NCBI GenBank assembly: GCA_951406725.2
Contig: OX597814.1
Span: 68,262,001-68,326,000 of the forward strand
Direction of reading: 5' to 3'
Length of the DNA stretch: 64,000 bases
DNA from: Octopus vulgaris
Taxonomy: Eukaryota
A program made the translations under genes and the position numbers. The notes below the pieces were generated by a model. That model worked only from the letters and a program-made list of their open reading frames with translations. It was not told where the DNA came from and made no database searches. Of the stretch, positions 39,799 through 52,802 are shown in pieces; within the stretch, counting starts at the first letter, position 1; every line of letters starts with the position of its first letter.

Positions 39799-40027
39799 AA
39801 CAGTGGAACAGATGTAAACACAAATACATATATTGATGACACATAGCGTATTATATATATACTACACTACGCGTGACTTCTTTTGTCACCTGGAAAATCT
39901 GAGTTTCCCAGCAACAGAGTTTTGTTTCATGGGTATTTTTTCTTTTCCAGCTTATTTCGCATGCTTTCAACAAATGCGATATCGAAATCACGCGTAAATG
40001 GCTCTTTTCCCCGGAAAAAGAAAGATC

Positions 40028-40132
40028 TGGCTGCTATTTCTTGAAAACCCTGCTACCACGTAAACGGTATTTCACATCTTTTATTGCAAATAGCTGTTAC
40101 GTGGTAGCAGGGTGTGCTAGAAATAACAGCCA
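40028..40132. repeat. ~105-bp imperfect hairpin (MITE-like)
   Basis: TGGCTGCTATTTC..ACCCTGCTACCACGTAA / TTACGTGGTAGCAGGGT..GAAATAACAGCCA. Confidence 0.75.
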
Positions 40133-40638
40133 AATAATTGAGCTGAGATACGTTGAATGCACTTGAAAAAGTTTTTGTAATGGTATTCTCTTGGGGCGAA
40201 CTTTCGCTTTAACTCTCAGAACTATCACTTTGTCTATCAGAACTGTCATCCGGATCAGCTGGTTTTGTTTGTTAATTGCCGGGAAAATTTTTTATTTATA
40301 TACTTTTGTTTTAAAGTGAAAGAGAGGTGAAAATGAAAGATGCATGAACTTGTATATGAAATGGACGTGTGTGTGCATGTGTGTGTGTGAGAGAGTGCCA
40401 CTTACACATGCATGAGAACACACATATTCATTCACTCACGTTCTCTCTCTCTCTCTTTCACACACACACACATACACACAAAGGCACACGTACATACAAA
40501 AAAGATGTATGTATGTATATATGACAACTCACCCCTTCACTCACTCTCTCTTTTTCTCTCTCTCTTTCTCCCTCTTTCTCTTCCTCTTTCTGTCTTCCTC
40601 TCTCTCTCTCTCTTCCTCTTTCTCACTTCCTCATTCAT

Positions 40639-40669
<31 letters not shown>

Positions 40670-41299
40670 TTCACACAGACATGTCTATTTCATATATACG
40701 TACATATATCTTTCAATTTAAAACAAAAGTTATACGATAAAAGTTGTTTATGGAAATTATCGACTTGAAAATAATTTTAAAAAACATAAAAATATAGTCT
40801 GTTTAAAGAGCTAAAATATAAATACTTACTGTACAAAATATAAATACTTACTGTACAAACAAGTTACATTTCTGAAAATACATTCAGTTTAAAATATTTG
40901 TAAACGATTAAAATATTTTGTTAAAAAGTCGAGGTTTTTTTTCTTAGAGAACGTGAAGACTGTGTGTGTATATGTCACAGATAGCAGATGTGTGTTTGTG
41001 TTGATTATTAGTTTTATGATTAATTTTATTGATTATTAATTTTATGTCTGTTCTTAAAATAAGTCTCATAGTTCGCAATTCAACGTTTAAACTGTGTTTC
41101 GATTGAACCTATATAATGGTGTTCTTTTCCCTTCAAATTCAACCATGCACCTATATACTAGATTATTTTTTTACAGTTATTATTAAGTTTACAACTTCCT
41201 TAATCATACAATCACAATTTTATTTACATCACTATTTCTATAACTCTTACGTTTACAATTTCTATTATTTTAATTTTTATTATTCATACTACTTAGGTT

Positions 41300-42885
41300 A
41301 GAAAAGGAGTCAATATGGGTTGTTTCCTTCCTATTATTAGAAAATACATTAACATCCTTATTACTTAAATTTTGATTGTTATAAAAAACTATCTAATCTT
41401 TTATTTTTTATTGAGAATATAATTCTAAAAAGGTTCTTCTATAAGCAATAACTAACCGTTATATTTTTGAATTCATTATTTCGTTATACTTATTATCTTT
41501 ATTCAAATGTTTATGAATTAATCCATAAAAGGATTTTATAATGTTGCTTTTGATTTGATTTGCAAAGGGGATAATTAACCACAAAGCATTGGTTTTATTT
41601 AGACAACTATAATCTATATTAGATTTATCAGAATTTAAGCAAGTAGCATATCGTTTTTATTTCTATTTATATATTTACGATTATAGATATTATCATACAT
41701 GTTATTAATCTAGTTAATTTCCGTTTTACTAGATTTTTACTTACGTATTTATTATCAATATATTTAGTATTAGGTTCTGTAAGATTGTAATCAAATTTAG
41801 TATTTATTTTTACAGTCTTATGATTATTATTCATATTTTCTTAGTGGAGGCGCAATGGCCCAGTGGTTAGGGCAGCGAACTCGCGGTCATAGGATCGCGG
41901 TTTCGATTCCCAGACCGGGCGTTGTGGGTGTTTATTGAGCGAAAACACCTAAAAGCTCCACGAGGCTCCGGCAGGGGATGGTGGTGATCCCTGCTGTACT
42001 CTTTCACCACAACTTACTCTTTATCCTGTTTCTGTTGTACCTGTATTTCAAGGAGCCGGCCTTGTCACTCTCTGTGTTACGCTGAATATCCCCGAGAACT
42101 ACGTTAAGGGTGCAGTGCTCAGCCACTTACACGTTAATTCCACGAGCAGGCTGTTCCGTTGATTCGGATCAGCCGGAACCCTCATCGTCGTAACCGACGG
42201 AGTGCTTCCATCCATTCGTATTTTTAAAATTTTGATTATTATAGGGTTTATATAATCATTTTCTATTTTCGTATCCATATTATCATTGTTTATCTTATTA
42301 TCATCTGTAGTTTCGGCCAATTCCTCATACATTATATTAGGTTTACTATTTATTTTATCCTCTCCATTGGGTTCATAATATTTTATATTATGCTTATATC
42401 CTGCTTTTTCAAGTACTTTATTATAGTAATTAGCATTTTTATAGATCCCTTCATTATACGAAAGGTAAGTGAGTCTCTTTTCTATACTTTTAATTAATGT
42501 GTTTGTTATTGATTTTGCATGATTACCTAGTTTATTAATATATCTTAAATTCATATTGGACTTATGATACAGCTAATATCTACCAGCTGCAAGATTAAAG
42601 TTAACATCTAAAAAATCGACCAAGTTATTTTCTTATTCAATAGAAATTGATAAACCACAATTTTTAAAGAATTTATAAAAAATTTTCTTATATAGCTGCA
42701 ATTAGAAACAGCGCATCATTCCTATATAATCCGCCCGTAATTTCAGGGAAGTCATTATTTAAGTTATATAGAATGTATATACCTACTGGATCCGTTACTT
42801 GAGTGGAATCAGCATATTCCATAGTTATCTCAAAGGAATTATAGGAATCTTTTCTAACCCAATATTTATTATGAAACTTAATCAC
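41300..42885 (-). mobile_element. Decayed Hydra-like PLE RT fragment interrupted by a SINE
   Basis: GGLYRNDALF, RYINKLGNH...IEKRL, WLIIPFANQIKS; homologous to the 19134 ORF. Confidence 0.78.
41844..42214 (+). mobile_element. tRNA-derived SINE family C
   Basis: TGGCCCAGTGGTTAG (A box)...GTTTCGATTCCC (B box); CCAT-type tail. Confidence 0.85.
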
Positions 42886-43253
42886 TGAATTCAGGTTTCA
42901 TGAATTCAGTGTTATCTGAGTATTCAGATTCCCGTTCAAGGAATTCATTGCAAAAATGCTTCCCTTGTCATCTCAGGAGAAACACAAATCAAAGATTAAG
43001 TTAGTATCATTAAAACTCCGGTTTAAATACTGATCACTGGGTGCAATGTTAATTAATAAATTAATTTATATCCATTAAATCTCTCCAGTTTCTTAATAAT
43101 GATATTTGACATTTCAATAGTATATTTATTGAAGAAATATCTCTTCAAAATATATTTAACCAGTGTAACTGGGATAAGACTATCCCTATAAGAGGTTTAA
43201 ATATCTTCATAGTAACTAATATATATACATATATATGTACGTACACATGCGCA

Positions 43254-43313
<60 letters not shown>

Positions 43314-43755
43314 TATATATGTGTATACTGTATATTTACATATACGCAAACACACACACATCTATATATATGTATATTCATTGATGGTCTGTCCTTTCCG
43401 AAAATAGTCAATAAACACAATGTCTCTTGCTTCTCAAAAGACTGAGGCCATTACCTTCCCTGCACATTAAAAAAGATTGGCCGTCGTTGGGGGTAGATAA
43501 GGGGACAGGTTTCCATTGCATTAGTAGTCTCTGTGTCTATGGCTCAAAATGATGGAAACCCAAACCCATCCTGGGTGAGGAAACGTTGAAGGAAACTATC
43601 TGTATCTACCTCAAGCAATGTCAGATTTTCGTGTGATGTATTTTTGATCAGGTTCTTCATACGAGGTCTTTCATGCATATATATAGATATAGATATAGAT
43701 AGATAGATATATAGATAGATACATACATACATACATACATACATACATACATACA

Positions 43756-43786
<31 letters not shown>

Positions 43787-43796
43787 GTATGTATAT

Positions 43797-44187
43797 GCGC
43801 AGGAGTGGCTGTGTGGTAAGTAGCTTGTTTACTAACCACATGGTTCCGGATTCAGTCTCACTGCGTCGCACCTTGGGCAAGTGTCTTCTACTATAGCCTC
43901 GGGCCGACCAAAGCTTGTGTGTGTGGATATGGTAGACGGAAACTGAAAGAAGCCCGTCGTATATATGTATGTATATATATGTATGTGTATGTGTGTGTGT
44001 TTGCGTGTCTGTGTTTGTCCCTCTAGCATTGCTTGACAACCGGTTCGGCAAAAGAGACCGATAGAATAAGTACTGGGCTTATAAAGAATAAGTCCCGGGG
44101 TCGAGTTGCTCGATTAAAGGCGGGGCTCCAGCATGGCCGCAGTCAAATGACTGAAACAAGTAAAAGAGTAAAAAGAGAGTAAAGAGA
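43797..44187 (+). mobile_element. SINE-A
   Basis: Near full-length copy with an AAAAGAGT tail. Confidence 0.88.
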
Positions 44188-44270
44188 TATGTTCGCTTTA
44201 CGTGGATGTATAAAATGATAACTATATTCTGATTGCCTGGTTTATATGCTTATACGCATGTAATTTTGCA

Positions 44271-44317
<47 letters not shown>

Positions 44318-44567
44318 GTATGAATATATATATATTGAATCTTGTATCGTGAATTTTTGATATGTTAGTAGACATTATTATAGTATGTAAGATCTATTGA
44401 AGATTATTGTTAATACAATAATATTGTTGCTACTGATAAGCATAGAAGTGTATATATGTTCTAATGTATTTATATATGTATATGACGTATGGTATATCCA
44501 CTGTAATATATTGTTTGTGTTTATTAATGTATTTTACGCATGAGAATAGTATATACGCTTTGCTTAC

Positions 44568-44619
<52 letters not shown>

Positions 44620-45055
44620 ATATGTATATTTGGATATTTGTTTAATTTTTTTATATATTAAGTAATACGTGTATCTTGTTTAGTATATTAATATTGTTAT
44701 TAATATTTTTTAAAAGTTAATTATAAACTCTGACCACGCCTATGGTTTTTTTAAATATATAAGTATTATATCTTTTAAATGCCTACAACATTAGTATGTT
44801 GACATCTATAGGCAATGAAAATTAGATTTACTTTTCACCATAGGCTGAAACAACTGTAAGAAGTAATTTTTAGGATTTCATTAATTTATACTATGACTTT
44901 TAAAATCTGTATTTGTATTATTATCTTATCTATTGATTTATATATTTTTTCATGCTTTTGATGTTCTCATTTGTAAAATGAATAAATAATCCAACATTAT
45001 AATATATGTAAGTTAATGAACAAACCAAATTTGTTTCTCCATTTTCTTATTTGTA

Positions 45056-45132
<77 letters not shown>

Positions 45133-45414
45133 ATTATTTATTTATTTATTCCTCCTATTTTGCATATGTGTATTGCAGGGTTATGTCGTATATGGAGCCC
45201 CACTTGTAGAAAATGGAAATAAACAGTCTCTGACTGCTATTTCTAATTCTTTCGGTATGCGGCAAAGCAACCTGTTGCCAGCCCTTCTACTTATATACTA
45301 TATATACTGAACTCCACAGAAGTTCCCACCGCTAAAGGTCATATTTACATACCGAAATCTACCGGTAAATAATTGTTGGTTCTCTGAAAAACCATCGAAA
45401 AAATTATTTACCCA

Positions 45415-45473
<59 letters not shown>

Positions 45474-45868
45474 AATGTACTGCTCCGTGATATAAAATTC
45501 AACAAAAAATGTACTCCATCTGGTGAGAGATGAATATTATTTATTAAAAGGTTACAATACTTGTATAAAAGCGGCATTGAGAACTCAAACATATGCTTCG
45601 GGCGTAAACCACGTATTATAACATTCAATTTCTTTAGTTCATTATTATATGTGGTTTGCGCCTGAAGAATATGTTTGAGTTCTTAGCATATGAAACTATT
45701 AGTAGTGCTTTAATATATGTCTTGTGACCTTTAAATAATATATATATATATATACACGAATATGTATGCATGCATGTATGTATGGAGAAACATGCAAAGA
45801 TGCACACATACACACACGTGCACATACACATAATAACGAGGAATACAACAAAATGTGGTAAGCCTTAC

Positions 45869-45961
45869 CTGTCTTGAGAATTTCGAAGCCTTTGGAAAAT
45901 AGCCAAATTTACATTGAGCTTTTCGAATCGCACCTGACCGAGGCAAGCACCAATGAGTGCA
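45869..45961 (-). CDS. Upstream exon of the same CLC gene
   Basis: tctttcAG|T GCA CTC...GAC AG|GTAAGG gives ALIGACLGQVRFEKLNVNLAIFQRLRNSQDR (93 nt). Its phase-2 end (AG) plus the first A of the 2438 exon gives AGA, restoring the CLC RN..DRRNFISAG motif. Confidence 0.9.
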
Positions 45962-46065
45962 CTGAAAGACAAAAAACGGTTTATATAAGGAAAAGTCTTA
46001 CACTTCTCTTGGTTTTCAATATCCATTAGCGTACATTTAATTGTCATCATTATGCTTCGAATGGT

Positions 46066-46108
<43 letters not shown>

Positions 46109-46431
46109 TATATGTAATAAATAATATCAGGGTAATAAAAATTTTAGAAAGTTTTACTACCAGTGGCCTAGCGTACAAAACATTAGTCAATATACCATAT
46201 ATTATTCATATAAAATACAGTGTACTTTAAAACACATTAAGAGGCTTCCATCATAGGAATCCATTACGCTAGAAAGAACAGTTACTGCTTGTACATTTAT
46301 ATTTTTTTCAAATCCACTGAACAGTTAAAGTCCAAACCACTAATTAGGGATAAATAAGTTACATGCTGGATTGACCTCGTTGCTTGCATATTTACATATA
46401 TTTACATTGCTTGTATATGTAATCTAAGGCG

Positions 46432-46509
46432 TCCCCGTTGATGAAGACTTAGCCATGGTAAACAATAATTTTTATTTACTAAAATAAGTCAGAAACCATG
46501 GTCCGGGAA
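46432..46509 (+). ncRNA. Hammerhead-like motif
   Basis: TCCCCG-TTGATGA-aGACTTA...TAAGTCa-GAAA-CCATGG-TC-CGGGAA. Confidence 0.65.
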
Positions 46510-46607
46510 TTAGATGGTAAATGTTTTTTATTTTTCATTCCCTTCATTGTTCTTTCTAGCGTAATGGATTCCTATGATGGAAGCCTCTTAATGTGTTTTA
46601 GTATACA

Positions 46608-46665
<58 letters not shown>

Positions 46666-46844
46666 GTATATTTGGATATTTGTTTATTGTTTTTTTTTAT
46701 ATATTAAGTAATACGTGTATCATGTTTAGTATATTAATATTATCATTAATATTTTTTAAAGCTAATTATAACCTCTGACGAGGCCTATAGTTATTTTTAA
46801 ATATATATTATATTTTTTTAAATGCCTACAATATGTATACAGAC

Positions 46845-46940
<96 letters not shown>

Positions 46941-47679
46941 ATTGGTGTGTGTGTGCGTGCGTGTGCTTACGTGTGTGTGTTACGCGTGTATGTGAAACGC
47001 ATGCAATTATAACGGATAAAATATATCCATTGTCAATACTAAGATTATATTTGAAAAACAAAATATCGGATCATAGTTAACAGAAAGAATTATCATTTGT
47101 ACAAGATAGAATATCTCTTCCATTCTGTATATATAGCAGCGAATAAAGCGTAAGATTTGAGATACTTGTGACTTTGTGCACTTTGAGTTCAAATCCCCCT
47201 AGATACAACTTAAACATTCATACTTTCTAGGGGTTCAATAAAATAAAATACCAGCCCATTTTAGTTGACTGGCGTAATTGTTACAGTGCTGGATTAGAGG
47301 TTTCGCGTTATTTCTTCGAATTCATTTTCTTCTAAGATCTTAGTCTATAGATTTAAGCCATCGAAAATCATTTCCTCTCTTCGTCCTGTTATGGAAGCTC
47401 GCTGAAGTGAAAAGGTCATCACAAGCGGACAAGAATCCACCACTGAGGATCAGCACAAATAACTCAAAACCATACAGTCTGGTGATCCCATCGCTAGAAG
47501 ATCGTAGGGGCTTGCTCCTCTGCTTGCGATATATATCGGGTGCAGATTGCATCGAATAACCAGCAGGAGGGAGCGTCATTCTGGAGCTAAAATAGTAGTA
47601 ACACTGCTATGGAATAACCATGTTGAAGTGGCGATAAGCATTGCATCTCAGCATAGTTACTGATTTCAACTAACACGCT

Positions 47680-47953
47680 AACACGTGACCGACCAGGCTA
47701 TCAGATATTGCTACACATCGCTGGTCACAATGCGCTTCGCATTGTTTTAGCCATCAAGTGACGCCACCCTGCTGGCTATGCGAAGCAGGCCAACAGAAGA
47801 GAGAGTAACAGAAAGTTGTGGATCGCCACCACCCCCTGCTGGGGCCTCGTGGAGCTTTGGCTGTTTTCAATAAACACTCACAACGCCCGGTCTGGGAATC
47901 GAAACCGCGATCTTACGTCCGTGAGTCCGCTGCCCTAACCACTGGGCCTCCAC
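47680..47953 (-). mobile_element. SINE-C variant with a different 3' tail
   Basis: Head matches about 41855-41990; tail unrelated to 42020-42214. Confidence 0.75.
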
Positions 47954-48574
47954 GCAATTTTTCCCTTCTCTCTCTAATTTTCTGCTTTTTTTTATTTCTC
48001 ATTCTTCTTTTCCCCTTTTGCTTCTCCCCACCACTACTTGTGATTTTTTCCTTTTCCTTCTTTTGCCTGTTACAATTAAGTTGTATATGCATACATCAGG
48101 AGGTTTTGCGCGCATGCGTGTGTGTGCATGCGTACATATATATGCATTTATATATATGCTTTGCCTATATAGGTCTCTATATTATGTAGCCATGTACCTA
48201 CGTCTGTATTTTTAGTGTATATACGTATATTATAGATTGTTTGGTATGTGAATGTTTTGCTAAATGTATATGCATTTTAGCGTGATCAATTTTTAAAGGG
48301 ATATATCTTTTAATTTATTAATTTATTACTGTTTTTACAACTAATTATTTACCCTGGGTATTCGGGCCTTTTTCTTTCTTCATAAGCCATTTTTGATTTA
48401 TAGTTTTCTTCGATTTTTATAATATGATTTTAAACTGCAATTTGCTATTTCATGCAACCGGTTATTGAAAAGATCGTTAGTTGAAAAGACCAATGAAACA
48501 AAGCCATTTTCAAACGTATATCTACCAAAATAATTGTATTTCTGCATATAACTTTATCTTGCTCCATTCTAAAC

Positions 48575-48620
48575 AAAACTGTCCGACGAACGGGAACGTG
48601 AAACTCTGAGTAACAGTTTT
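48575..48620 (+). ncRNA. Minimal type I hammerhead motif
   Basis: AAAACTGT-CCGACGA-ACG GGAA CGT-GAAA-CTCTGAG-TA-ACAGTTTT; perfect 8-bp stem I. Confidence 0.75.
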
Positions 48621-48646
48621 TGTGATAGTTTTGCTGCTTTTTAATG

Positions 48647-48687
<41 letters not shown>

Positions 48688-48691
<4 letters not shown>

Positions 48692-49078
48692 CATACTTTA
48701 CTTTTCAGTCCAATGTGTAATTTAAGCGTATACTTATTTTTTTAAAGCTGCTTAATACCGCCAAGTTACGGGGACGTAAATACACACATACATACTTTAC
48801 TTTTCAGTCCAATGTGTAATTTAAGCGTATACTTATTTTTTTAAAGCTGCTTAATACCGCCAAGTTACGGGGACGTAAATACACCAACACCGGTTGTCAA
48901 GCGTTGGACAAACTCAAAGATACACGAGTTTCTTTCAGTTCCGATAACCAAATTCACTTACAATGCTTTGGTCGACCCGTCGCTATAGTAGAAGACAACT
49001 TCCCAAATGTGCCACGCAGTGAGACTGAAGCAAGAACCATATGGTTGGGAAGCAAGCTTCCCCCACAGTCACAACTGC
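48688..49078 (-). mobile_element. Degenerate SINE-A with an overlapping ~98-bp tandem duplication (48688-48785 / 48788-48884)
   Basis: Direct reading. Confidence 0.7.
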
Positions 49079-49314
49079 GCATTATTATCTAATCGGACAG
49101 GGAATTGTAGCTTTATGACCTGTTCACTCTAGCGAGCTTCCAGCAGTAGTTCGCTCCGGCCCGCGATGTACTGAAAATAAATGACAACTAGTCACTGATC
49201 TTGCAACAAGCAAATTAGCTAATAACGACATTTCTGTAAGAGATGAAAGCAGTAACTATACTAACAAATAATGTTTATCGCCTCTTCAACATGGTTGTTC
49301 TGTAGAAACCGACG

Positions 49315-50841
49315 TTACTCAAGGCCTCGATGTCAACAAGGGTCACGGCTCTGACGGCATGCACCCACAGGTTATCAAAGCTTCGGTCATCTGCGAACCT
49401 TTAACACTTCTATTCAATATGTCATTGACGACGGGTGTTATACCTTCGAACTGGAGAACAGCGATAATCTGCCCGATTTTCAAGAAAGGGAGCCGCGAAG
49501 ACCCGCTTAACTACCGACCGGTTTCCCTTACTTCAATAATCAGCAAGATGTTCGAAACCATCCTTAAGAAAATATGTTGCTCCACCTCCAAAACACAGCC
49601 TCTATCTCTGATTCCCAACACGGCTTCGTGCCGAAGAATTCATGCTTGACCAACTTACTGGTAATGGAAGAATTGGTGACGCGTATCCCGGATGATGGTG
49701 ATGCTGTTGACATCGTTTTATTGGACTTTGCCAAAGCTTTTAACTCGGTTAACCACCGCCTATTACTTGTCAAACTTCAAGCATATAGTTTCCATCCGGA
49801 TATTGTACAATAGGTTGGTGCCTTCCTCTCAGATCGCTCCTTTCAAGTCCAAGTTAATGGTTCGCTGTCCGACGTCTCCAGTGCGAGCAGTGGCGGGCCT
49901 CAAGGTTCAGTGCTTGGGCCCTTATTGTTTTTAGTCTTCATAAATGACTTTCCCGACGAACTCACGCAACACACCCTTCTATTTGCCGATGATGTCAAAC
50001 TGGTCACTCCTCGCGGTGATATAGATGATCTTCGTCGATGCCTCCACCAAGTTTGGAGATGGTCTAACGAATGGGACCTGTGTCTGAAGGTGTCAAAGTG
50101 CTGTCACCTGCCTGTTGGCTCCTCTCCTGCAACTCAACTTGATTTCGAGCCGGGTCGTCTGTTGCTGGAGAGGACCGACCAGGTAAAGAACCTGGGTATT
50201 TTGGTGGATTCTTCCTTTTCGCCTTCGGCCCAGTGCGTCCATGCTGCCAACAAAACACGCGGAGTTCTGTTTTTGATTCGACGGTCATTCTGAATGTCAC
50301 GCTGGTGAGACCCATATTGGAGTACGGGATTCAAGCCTCTTCTCCTTATCTCCTCAAAGACATACATCATCTCGAAAGAGTCCAGAAGCTGGCTACCCGC
50401 ATGGTTCTTGGTCTCAAGCATTTGTCTTATGAAGAAAGGCTGAAGACGCTCGACCTTTATTCTCTAGAAAAACGACGACGCTGTGGTGATTTCATTCTCG
50501 CTCACAACATCATAAGCGGAAAGTGTAACCTCTCGAAAGAGCTGTTCTTCACTCCTGCTCCAGAGCGTCGGCTGCGAGGTCACTCCGAAAAGCTCTATCT
50601 GCGACGATTTCATCCCAATCGAAGGAGAGGGGCTTTCTCCGTCCGGGTTGCGGATCTGTGGAATAAGCTGCCGGACGAGATAGTGAAGATGCCGACGACC
50701 GCTCGGTTCAAAGTCTCTCTTGACCAGAAATGGCCTGAACTCTTTGCATGAACACGCTCCCTGTACATAACTCCATGTCCCCCTACATGGCCTTGCTTTT
50801 TGCTCCTTGAGCCCCAAAATTAACTTAACTTAACTTAACTT
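49315..50841 (+). mobile_element. 5'-truncated CR1-clade LINE (RT pseudogene) with a (TAACT)n tail
   Basis: WRTAIICPIFKKG..NYRPVSLTS, QHGF..SCLTNLL, DFAKAF, QGSVLGP, FADD, VRPILEY, WNKLP. Confidence 0.92.
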
Positions 50842-50993
50842 ACTACCATTTTAACACCAGGAGGTCGTCTCATCCAACTGGTTATTCGATATAATCTGCA
50901 CCCGATGTATATTGCAAACAAGGGAACGAACCCCTACAATCTTCCAGCGATGGAACCATTTTGAAGTTGCGATAAACATTACTTCTCAGTATA

Positions 50994-52268
50994 CGAGGGA
51001 CGTTCAATAAGTAATGCCCCTGACCCACTTGCAGTTGTTTGCATGTGCAATCATTTATATCTCTATAGAGAAAGTGACAAATTACAGCTCTGAACTAATT
51101 GTGGTTTCTGATTTACAGGTGTTTGAACTGAGTCAAGTGTGAAATGGAGCCTGTTGAGTGTCGAGCAGTGATCCGGTTTTTGTATTTGAAAGGACGCACA
51201 CCACGGGGGACTTTTGCTGAAATGAAAGTAACTTATGGTGATGATGCCCCATCATATGACCTTGTAAAACGCTGGGATCGTGAATTCAAACATGGTCGGA
51301 ACTCTGTGGAAACAGCTCCCAGATCTGGTCGCCCCCTTCTGCCATTGATGAGGCATCTGTCCGTCAAGTTGAGGCTGCCATTTTGGAAGATCGACGCATA
51401 ATTATTCGCCAAATAGCCCATGAGGTCAAGATTAGTACCGGGTCTGTGGAAACTATCATTCATGACCATTTGCATATGCAAAAGGTGTCTGCCAGATGGA
51501 TTCCCAGGTTGCTCACGCCTTTCCAGAAGCAACAACGCATCGAGTGCTCGAGGATGAATTTGGAGATGTGCCAAGAAGATGAGTCAAAATTTTTCAAAAG
51601 ACTGATTACACAGGATGAAACCTGGGTCCATCACGATGATCCAGAGACCAAAGCCCAGTCAATGCAGTGGAAGCACCATGACTCACCCCCTCCAAAGAAG
51701 GCAAGGGTGCAGCCCTCCGCTGGCAAGGTCATGCTCACAGTCTTCTGGGACCAGGACGGAGTAGTGATGATAGATTTCCTGGCAAAGGGTACCACAATTA
51801 CAGGAGCCTATTATGCTTCACTTTTGAGGAAATTAAGAGAAGTTATCAAAATCAAGAGGCGGGGCAAGATCAGCAAAGACATCCTCCTCCTGCAGGACAA
51901 CGCTCCGGTCCACAACTCGCTTGTCGCCATATCAGAAGCACAGGCGTATGGCTATGAACTCCTCCCCCATCCCCCCTATTTTCCTGACCTTGCACCCTCT
52001 GATTTTTACCTCTTCCCAGCCATGAAGTTGTTTTTGAAAGGAAAGCGTTTCCCAGATGATGCAGCCTTGATTTCTGAAGTCACGTTGAGGTTGGAGGACC
52101 AAGCTGAGTTCTTCTACAAAAACGGTCTCCAGAGCTGCATCAAACGATGATAGAAATGCGTAACTCTGGGTGGTTCCTATGTAGAAAAAGACTAATAACT
52201 GTGCCAAGTTTCGTTGCTCTACTGCTATAGGAAGTGGGTCAGGGGCATTACTTATTGAACGCCCCTCG
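50994..52268 (+). mobile_element. Full-length mariner (DD34D), 37-bp TIRs, TA TSD; transposase 51144 to about 52197 with one frameshift and late stops
   Basis: TIRs match with 1 mismatch; WIPRLL, QDETW, QDNAP, HPPYFPDLAPSDFYLF. Confidence 0.95.
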
Positions 52269-52802
52269 TAATTACTGATTTCATCTCCTATAGAGAATTT
52301 CTAACAAGTAAATTTGCTGATTCCAAGGTCAGTGACTGGTTTGTCACTTCTTTTCTATATATTGCGAGCTAGAGCGAACTACTGCTATGCTCGAGGATGA
52401 GCACAAATAATTCGAAACTGTACGGTCCGGTGGTCCAGGTTACTTCAGTGCATTCAGTTACAACTGGCCCTGTCCAACCTATTGTTACTACATGCGTTGT
52501 TATTATCAATATTATCATTACCATTACAATTACTATCATCATGATTGTTATTACTGCGATCATCACCATCACCACCGTTGCTGTTGTCATTCTTACTATC
52601 ATTTCTACCTATATTGTCCTCCACGTTAGTTTTAACATTAGCATTAATGTTTACTTCATTTCCATTGTTTCCTATGCCTTTATTACTAGTATTTCTCATA
52701 CCAACTCGACCTCCGTGCACACCATGTTTACAATCACCCTTCCCACTGTTGGCTCTGGTCCACTCGCTATCACAGTTACTATTTATATAGTATACTTTCT
52801 TT

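Noticed and set aside
41844-41920. tRNA gene
   Set aside because: The A/B boxes belong to a SINE head continuing into a SINE body; no clean cloverleaf
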